A DNA stretch of 32,000 bases from Aeropyrum pernix K1 (GTDB lineage: Archaea; Thermoproteota; Thermoprotei_A; Sulfolobales; Acidilobaceae), in NCBI RefSeq assembly GCF_000011125.1, contig NC_000854.2:1530001-1562000 (forward strand), written 5' to 3'. Positions 8,628 through 16,931 of the stretch are shown here, piece by piece; position 1 is the first letter of the stretch, and each line of letters opens with the position of its first letter. The translations under genes were made by a program, and so were the position numbers. A model generated the notes under the pieces. It worked only from the letters and a program-made list of their open reading frames with translations, did no database searches and had not been told where the DNA came from.

Positions 8628-9089
8628 CTATTTTGATTTCTCAGCTATTCGTTTCCCTCCCTTTTCAATATCTGTTAGCTCGCGGTTAATCCTCTCGAGC
8701 AGCTTCTCCTCGCTCACACTGCCAACCAGGGCATCTACAACCCGCCCCTCTACTATGATTAGCGTTGTTGGTATGTGCTGTACACCGTATCTCTCGGCTA
8801 GGCTGAAAGCCCTATCAACATCTACCCTGCCAAATACTATATCATCCCTGAATAGTCTGCTGGCAATCCTTGTTAGTATGTCCTGCATTAGTATGCACCT
8901 GCCGCACCATTCTGCCGTGAACAGTATTACTGCAACTCTATGCTGCGAGAGCACTTTTGGTAAGTTCTCGTTGTCAATATCTACGAGTATTTGCGAAGAG
9001 CGGCGGCTTATGATATCCCCTATCTTAAGCAGCTCGTCCTTCAACGTCCTAGCAACCTGGTAGAGGCTGCCTGATACTGTTTCCCCCAT
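8628..9089 (-). CDS. thioredoxin-fold protein (WCGRC active site)
   Basis: The sequence VAVILFTAEWCGRCILMQDIL...FGRVDVDRAFSLAERYGVQHIPTTLII is a classical thioredoxin CxxC core. I prefer ATG 9089 because the TATA at 9127-9134 predicts a transcription start downstream of GTG 9119. Confidence 0.85.
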   Translation of the reverse strand: MGETVSGSLYQVARTLKDELLKIGDIISRRSSQILVDIDNENLPKVLSQHRVAVILFTAEWCGRCILMQDILTRIASRLFRDDIVFGRVDVDRAFSLAERYGVQHIPTTLIIVEGRVVDALVGSVSEEKLLERINRELTDIEKGGKRIAEKSK

Positions 9090-9126
9090 TCTGTCTGAGC
9101 ACCACACAGGTGATAACACCCCTGGG

Positions 9127-9134
9127 TATTTAAA
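9127..9134. promoter_or_regulatory. palindrome-like TATA box (TATTTAAA) shared by the divergent thioredoxin and THUMP genes
   Basis: It is the only AT-rich element in the spacer. Its centre, about 9130, is 27 nt from TTG 9157 on the plus strand and 41 nt from ATG 9089 on the minus strand. Confidence 0.45.
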
Positions 9135-9156
9135 CTTTTCATACTCCCCATTTTGG

Positions 9157-9741
9157 TTGAGGGAAAATAGGGGAATGTGGTTCAGGGGGAGGCGTCGTTC
9201 GATTTATGAGGCTAACCTGATAGCCTCTTTCCTCCCCTACAGGGAGTATAAGGATGTGGCTGTCGAGGACCTCAGGTACGCCTTGGGGGAGGTCTACATC
9301 ATAGCTACCAGGATGAACGTCATATTCGCGAGAGCCAGTTACGAGGACCCGCTAGAGCTTAGGAGGCGGCTGGAGAGGAGGCTTCCCGAGGATACACCCG
9401 TGTTAAGGGTAATACCCGTAATGAGGATAGTTCCTGCTGAGGTTGAGGATGTTAAGAAAGCCGTCCACAGTCTCCTCGCTACACAAAAGCCTGGCAGCTT
9501 TGCGATAAGGCTGGAGGCAAGGCTTCTGAGGGAGGGGAGGGAGATACCTAGGATGGAGGCTGTAAAGATTATCGCTGAGGGTGTAAACAGGAGTGTAGAC
9601 CTTGGTAGACCCGATATACTGGTGTTGATCAAGCCCTTCAGGCTCAGGGAGGGAAGGCTAGCAGCCATATACGTGGGACCTCCGGACGGCGTGTTCTCGA
9701 GCCTTAAGCGCGGCGGTGAGCGGGTTGGCGGGGAACGTTAG
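9157..9741 (+). CDS. THUMP-domain-like putative RNA-binding protein
   Basis: The pattern ...VLRVIPVMRIV...VKKAVHSLLATQKPGSFAIRLEARLL...VDLGRPDILVLIKPF...AAIYVG resembles a THUMP fold (beta-alpha repeats ending in a stand-alone domain). The start is TTG 9157 (leaderless) or ATG 9175. The family call is tentative. Confidence 0.55.
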   Translation: MRENRGMWFRGRRRSIYEANLIASFLPYREYKDVAVEDLRYALGEVYIIATRMNVIFARASYEDPLELRRRLERRLPEDTPVLRVIPVMRIVPAEVEDVKKAVHSLLATQKPGSFAIRLEARLLREGREIPRMEAVKIIAEGVNRSVDLGRPDILVLIKPFRLREGRLAAIYVGPPDGVFSSLKRGGERVGGER

Positions 9742-11194
9742 GCTCTTCGGCACTGCGGGGATAAGGGGAAGGTACCTCAGGAAGGTAACACCCCTACTGG
9801 CATACCAGGTGGGGCTAGCTCTGGCGGGCTACGTTGGCAGTGGAGGCAGCATAGTCGTTGCCCACGACGTTAGAACCACTAGCCCCCTACTGGCCAGCAT
9901 GGCGGCTTCAGGGGTTATGGCGGGGGGTGTCGACGCGATACTGGTGGGACAAGTACCTTTGCCAGCGGCTTCGTACTCGGTGGTGAGGAGCGGCAGCAAG
10001 TCCGGTATAATGGTGACAGCCAGCCATAATCCTCCCTGGGATAACGGTATAAAGATTGTTGATAGCAGGGGTATGGAGCTTACGAGGAGTGAGGAGGAGG
10101 AGCTAGAGTCTATTATAGAAGATGGTGTCGAGGGGTTTCTTGCCGACTGGAATTCGGTGGGTATACTGAGGATTGAGAAGGAGATGCTCAACTACTACAT
10201 GGAGGATATAGTTGCTAGGACCGCGGTTGACGGGGAGACGAGCCTGTCCATGGCGGTCGACTGCGCAAACGGCGCTGCCAGCGGGGTAACACCGATTGTA
10301 TTAAGGAGCATAGGTGTTAGGAGGGTCTACACCTTCAACTGCCACCCCGACGGCTACTTCCCCGGCAGGCACCCCGAGCCGAGGCCGGACGTACTGGAGC
10401 CGTTTATAAAGTCGTCTTCAATACTGGGAGTGCAGGCTTTCATCGCCCACGACGGCGATGCGGACAGGACCGCCCTGGGGGTTCCAGGGTACGGCTTCGT
10501 GAAGCAGGACCTCGTGATAGCTCTCCTTAGTTGGTGGAAGCTGCGGGAGAGAAAGGGGTCTGTAGTGGTCTCTGTGGACGTAGGTATTGAGGTTGAGGAG
10601 GTTGTCGAAGAGCTGGGTGGTAGGATAGTGAGGAGTAGGCTGGGCAAGATACACGAGAAGCTGCTCCAGGAGGCCAATGCAGTCCTAGCAGCCGAGCCGT
10701 GGAAACTCATAGACCCAGATTGGGGTTTGTGGGTAGATGGCGTGTATCAGGCGGCCCTCCTAGCCCACATATCCCTGGCCACCGGAAAGACTCCGAGGGA
10801 GCTGCTGGATATGCTGCCCTACTATCCCTCAGCCAGGGTCTCATACGTCCTAGGTGGGGAGAACGAGAGGGACAGGCTCTATGAAGACGTTGTAGAGAAG
10901 CTGTCCCATAGCCTAACAGGCAACGCTGTAAGGATTCTACCTATCGATGGGGTGAGGATTGATTACGAGGATAGGTCGTGGCTGCTGTTCAGGAAGAGCG
11001 GGACTGAGCCTAAGCTTAGAGTCTACGCGCAGGCACGAGAGAAAGAGAGGTTGGTAGAACTACTGTCTAGAATACATAGTATGGTGTCTGGTGAAGCGTC
11101 TAGAACGGGCATCAAGCTTGTTTCGAAGGAGGAGCACGTCAGCCTCCCTCCTGGCGGGGCTCGCGGCTTCCGAGGCCGTAGCGCTCTATTATAG
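9716..11194 (+). CDS. phosphoglucomutase/phosphomannomutase family protein (archaeal PGM/PMM or GlmM-like)
   Basis: FGTAGIRG start, catalytic-serine loop GIMVTASHNPPWDNGIK, Mg loop AHDGDADR, and phosphate-binding loop RKSGTEPKLRVY. The GTG 9716 start overlaps the preceding gene by 26 nt. A roughly 30-aa low-complexity tail overlaps the convergent gene. Confidence 0.92.
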   Translation: MSGLAGNVRLFGTAGIRGRYLRKVTPLLAYQVGLALAGYVGSGGSIVVAHDVRTTSPLLASMAASGVMAGGVDAILVGQVPLPAASYSVVRSGSKSGIMVTASHNPPWDNGIKIVDSRGMELTRSEEEELESIIEDGVEGFLADWNSVGILRIEKEMLNYYMEDIVARTAVDGETSLSMAVDCANGAASGVTPIVLRSIGVRRVYTFNCHPDGYFPGRHPEPRPDVLEPFIKSSSILGVQAFIAHDGDADRTALGVPGYGFVKQDLVIALLSWWKLRERKGSVVVSVDVGIEVEEVVEELGGRIVRSRLGKIHEKLLQEANAVLAAEPWKLIDPDWGLWVDGVYQAALLAHISLATGKTPRELLDMLPYYPSARVSYVLGGENERDRLYEDVVEKLSHSLTGNAVRILPIDGVRIDYEDRSWLLFRKSGTEPKLRVYAQAREKERLVELLSRIHSMVSGEASRTGIKLVSKEEHVSLPPGGARGFRGRSALL

Positions 11195-11906
11195 TGTAGA
11201 GTCTCTTAGGGTTTCGGGCGTAGAGTCTTAGCCTAAAGTCTGTTTTCGTGTTAACTTTCCTTATCTCGACGAACTTCCTCCGCTCGTTCAAACTAACCCT
11301 AACACCCTCGGGGAGGGGGAAGGGGATCGCTGTCTTGGATATTAGACCCTTGTATACGATGCCTTTCTCGCTTACCGTGTACTCTGTAGGCATGTTGATA
11401 GTTATCATGGGGCCGGACCTTTTGGATACAACGTACGCGGATACGGTGTTAACCACGAAATACCCCTCAAAATATGCCAGGAAAGCCAGGAAATGGGCTA
11501 GGAGTTCGTTCGATGTAACGTTTGCCGCCACGAATTCGTAGAGCGGGTCTATGAACCTCCAGAAGAGTATGAAGTAGGCCAGGCCTACGATCATAATGAG
11601 ATTCATAGACATTAGAGCCTTAGACTGCTCCTGGAGGTCGCTCGCGAGCCCCTCGTCCTTCATCTGCAGCTCCCTTGCCCCCTTCTCCTCGTAAAGCCGC
11701 CTAGCCGACTCTATATCAGCGGGGCTTGCTTTAACTCCTAGGGGCCCCTTAGACCTCCTTGACATGACTATGCTGAGAACTATAAATAATATTATAATGA
11801 CTGCGAAGGTCTTCCAGCTGCGGCCGAGGATTGAGGCGAGAAGCGAGTAGAGTATAATAAAGGCTTGGCTCATCAGAATCCGATTCCTGTCGAGGTACAT
11901 GCTCAT
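11139..11906 (-). CDS. hypothetical membrane protein (about 4 TM segments plus a C-terminal soluble beta-rich domain)
   Basis: 255-aa ORF with clear hydrophobic helices (AFIILYSLLASILG, FAVIIILFIVLSIV, LIMIVGLAYFILFW, LLAHFLAFLAYFEGYFVV). I cannot name the family with confidence. Confidence 0.6.
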   Translation of the reverse strand: MSMYLDRNRILMSQAFIILYSLLASILGRSWKTFAVIIILFIVLSIVMSRRSKGPLGVKASPADIESARRLYEEKGARELQMKDEGLASDLQEQSKALMSMNLIMIVGLAYFILFWRFIDPLYEFVAANVTSNELLAHFLAFLAYFEGYFVVNTVSAYVVSKRSGPMITINMPTEYTVSEKGIVYKGLISKTAIPFPLPEGVRVSLNERRKFVEIRKVNTKTDFRLRLYARNPKRLYTIIERYGLGSREPRQEGG

Positions 11907-12021
11907 ACGTGTTTACACCCTTGCCTCTGACCCTCTAAACCCATCTATTAGGCCGCTGAAAGCCGGGATTATTATATGAATTCTCGGCAGCCACCTTAAA
12001 GTTAAGAGTTGGGATATCACT

Positions 12022-13149
12022 ATGCTGTCAGTGAGGGTTGATTATGCTCTCGTCGGCCGGGAATTGGAGGCTAGAGAGGCCGTCTGTCTAGTGTTCGACG
12101 GGAGTGACGGGAGGCTATCGTCAATATCCTCGTCTTCATCATGCCCGGAGTCATCTCCTAAGTTCACGATCGCTGTCCCTCCCTCGGTGAATGCTCATAT
12201 TCACTCCAGCGACGTCCAGTGGCCTGAGGTGGGGAACGATCTCAGCCTTGAAGAGCTTGTGGCTCCTCCCAGGGGCCTTAAACATCTACTCCTACAGCAG
12301 GCGGGTGAGAGGGCGTGTGCGGAGGCGGCCGTGGGCGTCTATAGGGCTCTCGGTAGGATGGTCGTTAGGGCTGCGGCGGACTTCAGGGAGCCCGCGGCTG
12401 GTGGTTGTCTTCCTGTGAGAGAGATCCTGGCGACCCTCGGGGGCCTGTACACCCGTGTAGTGCTCATGGGGAGACCGGGTGATCCTTATGGATTGGAGGG
12501 GTGTGACGGCATTGGTTTGAATAGCCCTCTGGATGTTGATCCTAAGAGGATGCGCTTGCTTAAAAAAAGTGGCATGCGCATCCACGCCCATGTTGCTGAG
12601 ACGAGGGAGATGCGTTTGGAGGGTGATCTAGAGGCGGCTCTTGATATTGGGGTAGACACGGTCATACACGGAACGCATTTGTCGCGGGAGGACCTCGAGC
12701 TCCTCAGGGAGCATGGTGTAACCCTTGTGCTATCGCCTAGAAGCAACATGTGGCATGGCGTCGGCCTCCCACCCGTCGCGGAAGCCTACAGGGTTGGCGT
12801 TAAGATTGCGTTTGGCACGGATAATGCTGCATGGAATATGCTTGACCCCTGGGACGAGGCTAGGCAGGCTATGCTGGTTGCGAGGCTGCAGGGGGTGAAG
12901 GATCCCGGCCTACCCCACTATATATTGAAGGGGCTGCTGTCGTGGGGCTACGAGGCTCTTGGGATGGAGCCTCCAGCCCTTGCTGAAGGTGCTGATATGT
13001 GCAGCGTCGCTTTAATGAGGCTAGAGGGTTATGAGGCTGGATTGTTTAGGAGGAGTTTTAGTAGATACTATACGCTGCTAAAAATAGCTAGGGGGGATCT
13101 CCTACAGCCTGTCTGCACGATCAGCGGCGGGCTGCTAGAGCCTGCCTAG
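12022..13149 (+). CDS. metal-dependent amidohydrolase superfamily protein (chlorohydrolase/deaminase-like)
   Basis: HxH metal motif VNAHIHSSD, followed by IHAHVAET, VIHGTHL and FGTDNAAWN. These are the standard amidohydrolase ligand set. Confidence 0.82.
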   Translation: MLSVRVDYALVGRELEAREAVCLVFDGSDGRLSSISSSSSCPESSPKFTIAVPPSVNAHIHSSDVQWPEVGNDLSLEELVAPPRGLKHLLLQQAGERACAEAAVGVYRALGRMVVRAAADFREPAAGGCLPVREILATLGGLYTRVVLMGRPGDPYGLEGCDGIGLNSPLDVDPKRMRLLKKSGMRIHAHVAETREMRLEGDLEAALDIGVDTVIHGTHLSREDLELLREHGVTLVLSPRSNMWHGVGLPPVAEAYRVGVKIAFGTDNAAWNMLDPWDEARQAMLVARLQGVKDPGLPHYILKGLLSWGYEALGMEPPALAEGADMCSVALMRLEGYEAGLFRRSFSRYYTLLKIARGDLLQPVCTISGGLLEPA

Positions 13150-13569
13150 GCCGGCGTCTATTATGCGTTTCAGGTTCATAGTGTCTAGTACGTTGCCAGT
13201 GATTTTGAGCTTTCTCATCATGAATGCTTTCATAGCGTCTGTCTGGCCTTCGAGAATCTCCTTCAGGGTATCGCTTGTGAGGGTTAGGGTGGCTATGGGG
13301 CTGGGATGTCTTCCGTCAGCTATTTTTAGCTCTCCACCGCTTATCTCTATGTAGAATTCGCCGTCGTCTTCAAGGACTATCTGGTAAACCTTATTCCAAG
13401 ACTGTATTTCGGGGAGGCTCTCCTTCGCTTTCCCGAACAGCTCCTCAAACTTCTTTTTGAGGTCCTCAACGCTCGCCAACTCTAGGCACCTATTATTCTT
13501 AAGTTTGAGAATTGTGGGGTAATCATTTACACTGGTTAGGAGGTGTATTAAGATGTATGCATAAAGCAA
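13135..13569 (-). CDS. SCP2 sterol-carrier-like domain protein
   Basis: YQIVLEDDGEFYIEISGGELKIADGRHPSPIATLTLTSDTLKEILEGQTDAMKAFMMRKLKITGNVLDTMNLKRI is the SCP2 signature. The real start is uncertain and may be an internal TTG near 13487. The 3' end overlaps the amidohydrolase by 15 nt. Confidence 0.72.
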   Translation of the reverse strand: MLYAYILIHLLTSVNDYPTILKLKNNRCLELASVEDLKKKFEELFGKAKESLPEIQSWNKVYQIVLEDDGEFYIEISGGELKIADGRHPSPIATLTLTSDTLKEILEGQTDAMKAFMMRKLKITGNVLDTMNLKRIIDAGLGRL

Positions 13570-13644
13570 ATATAACCCTTGGTCTGTGGGAGGGGGAATC
13601 TAATAGTTTTCCCGGCATACTCTAATCTGGAGGGGGTATCCGGA

Positions 13645-14352
13645 TTGCCGTCGGCCAGGGATATACTGCAGCAGGGTCTAGACAGGCTAGGGAGCCCTGA
13701 GGACCTCGCCTCGAGGATAGACTCTACGCTACTAAGCCCTAGGGCTACGGAGGAGGACGTTAGGAATCTTGTGAGAGAGGCGTCGGACTACGGGTTTAGA
13801 TGCGCGGTTCTGACTCCAGTGTACACAGTAAAGATTTCTGGGCTGGCTGAGAAGCTTGGTGTGAAGCTATGTAGCGTTATAGGCTTTCCCCTGGGCCAGG
13901 CCCCGCTCGAGGTAAAGCTAGTTGAGGCACAAACTGTTTTAGAGGCTGGGGCTACTGAGCTTGATGTTGTCCCCCATCTCTCACTAGGCCCCGAAGCTGT
14001 TTACAGGGAGGTCTCAGGGATAGTGAAGTTGGCGAAAAGCTATGGAGCCGTTGTGAAAGTAATATTAGAAGCGCCACTCTGGGATGACAAAACGCTCTCC
14101 CTCCTGGTGGACTCGTCGAGGAGGGCGGGGGCGGATATAGTGAAGACAAGCACCGGGGTCTATACAAAGGGTGGTGATCCAGTAACGGTCTTCAGGCTGG
14201 CCAGTCTTGCCAAGCCCCTTGGTATGGGTGTAAAGGCAAGCGGCGGTATAAGGAGTGGCATCGACGCCGTCCTCGCCGTAGGAGCTGGCGCGGATATCAT
14301 AGGGACAAGCAGTGCTGTAAAGGTTTTGGAGAGCTTCAAATCCCTAGTCTAA
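13645..14352 (+). CDS. deoC: deoxyribose-phosphate aldolase (class I, DERA)
   Basis: Contains the Schiff-base lysine region GADIVKTSTG and the KASGGIRS motif. From LPSARDILQQGLDRL onward the sequence matches my memory of the crystallised Aeropyrum pernix DERA, so I chose TTG 13645 rather than the track start at 13579. Confidence 0.92.
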   Translation: MPSARDILQQGLDRLGSPEDLASRIDSTLLSPRATEEDVRNLVREASDYGFRCAVLTPVYTVKISGLAEKLGVKLCSVIGFPLGQAPLEVKLVEAQTVLEAGATELDVVPHLSLGPEAVYREVSGIVKLAKSYGAVVKVILEAPLWDDKTLSLLVDSSRRAGADIVKTSTGVYTKGGDPVTVFRLASLAKPLGMGVKASGGIRSGIDAVLAVGAGADIIGTSSAVKVLESFKSLV

Positions 14353-14369
14353 AACTGGCTGGTTCGCTG

Positions 14370-15917
14370 GTGGCCGGGAAAGGTTGTCGGGGGGGACTTC
14401 TTCTGAAGGAGGAAATTAGGGTTGGACTGATCACAAGCAGGTCAGCTAAAGGGTTAATCGAAGGTATATTAAGAGAGTCGGGGCAGGAGGCCGAAGTTAT
14501 AGATCTACCTGTTCATGCTATCGGTATGTTGAGCACGAAAACCATAGCCAAGATACTAAGGTCTAGGAGGGATTTGCTTGAACGTGCTAGATCCGTCGAT
14601 ATACTGGTCATACCCGGCCATGTTAGGGGAGACGCGGCTGTGATATCTAAGGTTGTGGGCAGGCCTGTTTATAAGGGTACTGTTAGCCCCGTCTACATCC
14701 CCGATATAATGAAGATTCTCAGATCGGGTGGAAAGCTGGATACGGAAAAGCCTGCCGAGGAGGTTGTTAAGCTTAGCGACTACACGTCAAAGATAGTTTT
14801 TAGGGAGGCCTTTAGGGTAGGAAGTTTGAGGATACCTCTAAAACCCCCGCCCCTCCTCGTAGTAGCAGAGATACCTCCAACCGTTGCTGAAGACGGCATT
14901 GCCGGTCTAGCGGCTAGGATGGAGAGGGATGGCGCTTCTATGGTAGCCGTAGGAACGGGTTTTGACGATGATCCACAGGTTGTGCATGAAAAGGTTAGGA
15001 CGGCCTTATCAGCCCTCAAGGATTCGCCAGTCATAGCGGAGACTCCGACCCTAGACCACGCGTATTCAGCTCTTAAAGCTGGAGCCTCTGGCGTGATAAT
15101 GCCTGTCGAGACGGCTGTGAGGCTGGCGAGCGAGAAGCCGCTGCCCGGTGATGCGTTTATAATCGTGTCTGGGGAGCAGCCCGAGGAGCTTGCAAAGGCT
15201 GTAGAGAGCTTGAGGACCTCGGGCTACTCTAAAGTAGCTGTAGACCCGAGTCTATCGCCTCCCTTGCTTGGACTATTAGAGAGTATTGAGAGGTTTAGGA
15301 GGGCTTCTAGGCTATTGAATGTCCCCCTGGTATTCTCTGCAGCCAACGTCGCTGAAGAGGTCCAGGCCGACAGCCATGGGGTCCATGCCCTCCTAGCACT
15401 TATGGCTCTGGAGGCGGGAGCCTCCATATACTATGTTGTAGAAGACAGTTACAAGTCCTACCGATCCACAGCAGAGGCGGCTGAGGCTGCTAGATACGCA
15501 TCCGCGGCTAGAACACTATTCTCCCCTAGAATCCCCCTCACGAGGCTATTTGTTGTTAAACAGCCACGCAGGCCGCCTAACCCCGTCGAGCCTCCGGGAG
15601 AGAGGGTTAATGTTGATTATATACCCCCCTCTATGGACAGAACCGGGTATGCCCACATACAGGTGGACCACGAGAGGGGGGTTATAATGCTGACGTTCTA
15701 CCCTGCTGGTGGTGAGCCTGTGACGTTTGAGGGGAGAAAACCCACGAGCCTTCTCAGAGCCCTGACCTCCAGGTTCCCGGTTTCGAGTGAGCACGCTGGG
15801 TATATAGGCTATGAGCTTGCTAAGGCCGAAATAGCGTTGGCACTGGGCAAGACATACGTTCAGGACAGTCCAGTATTGGTCCCAGTGTGGGGTGGCTTAG
15901 ATGAGGAGGGCTGCTAG
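14370..15917 (+). CDS. dihydropteroate synthase-like pterin-binding protein with a C-terminal DUF4346-like domain
   Basis: The central TIM-barrel-like segment (ASMVAVGTGFDD...PVIAETPTLDHAYSALKAGASGVI...VPLVFSAANVAEE) resembles archaeal DHPS-like proteins. The C-terminal TGYAHIQVDHERGVIMLTFY...EGRKPTSLLRAL...SEHAGYIGYELAKAEIALALGKTYVQD matches my memory of DUF4346. The family call is from memory and has not been searched. Confidence 0.7.
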   Translation: MAGKGCRGGLLLKEEIRVGLITSRSAKGLIEGILRESGQEAEVIDLPVHAIGMLSTKTIAKILRSRRDLLERARSVDILVIPGHVRGDAAVISKVVGRPVYKGTVSPVYIPDIMKILRSGGKLDTEKPAEEVVKLSDYTSKIVFREAFRVGSLRIPLKPPPLLVVAEIPPTVAEDGIAGLAARMERDGASMVAVGTGFDDDPQVVHEKVRTALSALKDSPVIAETPTLDHAYSALKAGASGVIMPVETAVRLASEKPLPGDAFIIVSGEQPEELAKAVESLRTSGYSKVAVDPSLSPPLLGLLESIERFRRASRLLNVPLVFSAANVAEEVQADSHGVHALLALMALEAGASIYYVVEDSYKSYRSTAEAAEAARYASAARTLFSPRIPLTRLFVVKQPRRPPNPVEPPGERVNVDYIPPSMDRTGYAHIQVDHERGVIMLTFYPAGGEPVTFEGRKPTSLLRALTSRFPVSSEHAGYIGYELAKAEIALALGKTYVQDSPVLVPVWGGLDEEGC

Positions 15918-16875
15918 GGCGTCTGCCCCGGGGAAAGTTATAATCGTTGGAGAACACTTCGTCGTCAGAGGCTCCCTGGCGATAGTGGCGGCCATAGGCA
16001 GAAGGCTCCGCGTCACCGTGAGAAGCGGGGGCAAGGGGATTGTGCTTGAGAGCAGCATGCTAGGCCGCCACAGCGCCCCGCTACCAGGCCAGGGTGCAGC
16101 GGCTAAGGTAAGCCCCGTCCTCGAGCCGTACATAGCAGTGTTGAGAAGTCTGGCTGCAAGGGGCTATAGCGTAGTGCCCCATACAATATTGGTGGAGAGC
16201 GGCATACCCCCTAGGGCAGGTCTCGGTAGCAGCGCCGCCAGCATGGTAGCCTATGCTCTATCATACTCGGCCATGCATGGTGACCCCCTCTCGGCTGAGG
16301 ACCTCTACAGTGTTGCTATGGAGGGCGAGAAGATAGCGCATGGTAAGCCGAGCGGTGTTGACGTAACCATAGCCGTTAGGGGGGGAGTCCTGGCTTACAG
16401 GAGGGGCGAGAACCCGGTGGATATAAGGCCGGGGCTTACAGGTGTCACTCTGCTTGTTGCCGACACGGGTGTCGAGAGGCGTACTAGGGATGTTGTCGAG
16501 CATGTTCTCTCCATTGCGGACGCCTTGGGAGAGGCATCGACCTACATATATAGGGCGGCAGACTTGATAGCGAGAGAAGCCCTCCATGCGATAGAAAAGG
16601 GAGACGCCGAGAGGCTAGGTCTTATAATGAATGCAGCCCAGGGCCTTCTCTCATCTCTTGGGGCGTCGTCACTAGAAATAGAAACACTAGTATATCGGAT
16701 GAGGAGTGCCGGGGCCCTGGGTGCAAAGCTAACGGGAGCTGGATGGGGGGGCTGTGTGATAGGGCTTTTCAAGGAGGGTGAGGTCGAACGGGGGCTAGAG
16801 TCTGTGGTAGAGAGTTCAAGCCAGGCTTTCACCGCGTCAATAGCAGAGGAGGGTGCTAGACTCGAGGAGTTCTAG
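15901..16875 (+). CDS. mvk: mevalonate kinase
   Basis: SAPGKVIIVGEHFVV N-terminal motif, the GHMP ATP loop PPRAGLGSSAASMVA, and the C-terminal KLTGAGWGGCVIGL. ATG 15901 overlaps the upstream stop by 17 nt. Confidence 0.92.
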   Translation: MRRAARASAPGKVIIVGEHFVVRGSLAIVAAIGRRLRVTVRSGGKGIVLESSMLGRHSAPLPGQGAAAKVSPVLEPYIAVLRSLAARGYSVVPHTILVESGIPPRAGLGSSAASMVAYALSYSAMHGDPLSAEDLYSVAMEGEKIAHGKPSGVDVTIAVRGGVLAYRRGENPVDIRPGLTGVTLLVADTGVERRTRDVVEHVLSIADALGEASTYIYRAADLIAREALHAIEKGDAERLGLIMNAAQGLLSSLGASSLEIETLVYRMRSAGALGAKLTGAGWGGCVIGLFKEGEVERGLESVVESSSQAFTASIAEEGARLEEF

Positions 16876-16931
16876 AGATTTATGTATCATTTGTCATTGG
16901 CTTAAGTGGGGCTTTAGATTTGGACGTTGAA

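Noticed and set aside
14330-14352. GCTTCAAATCCC, resembling a tRNA T-loop.
   Set aside because: It lies inside the deoC 3' coding end. The flanking bases cannot form a T-stem, and no acceptor or anticodon arms are present.
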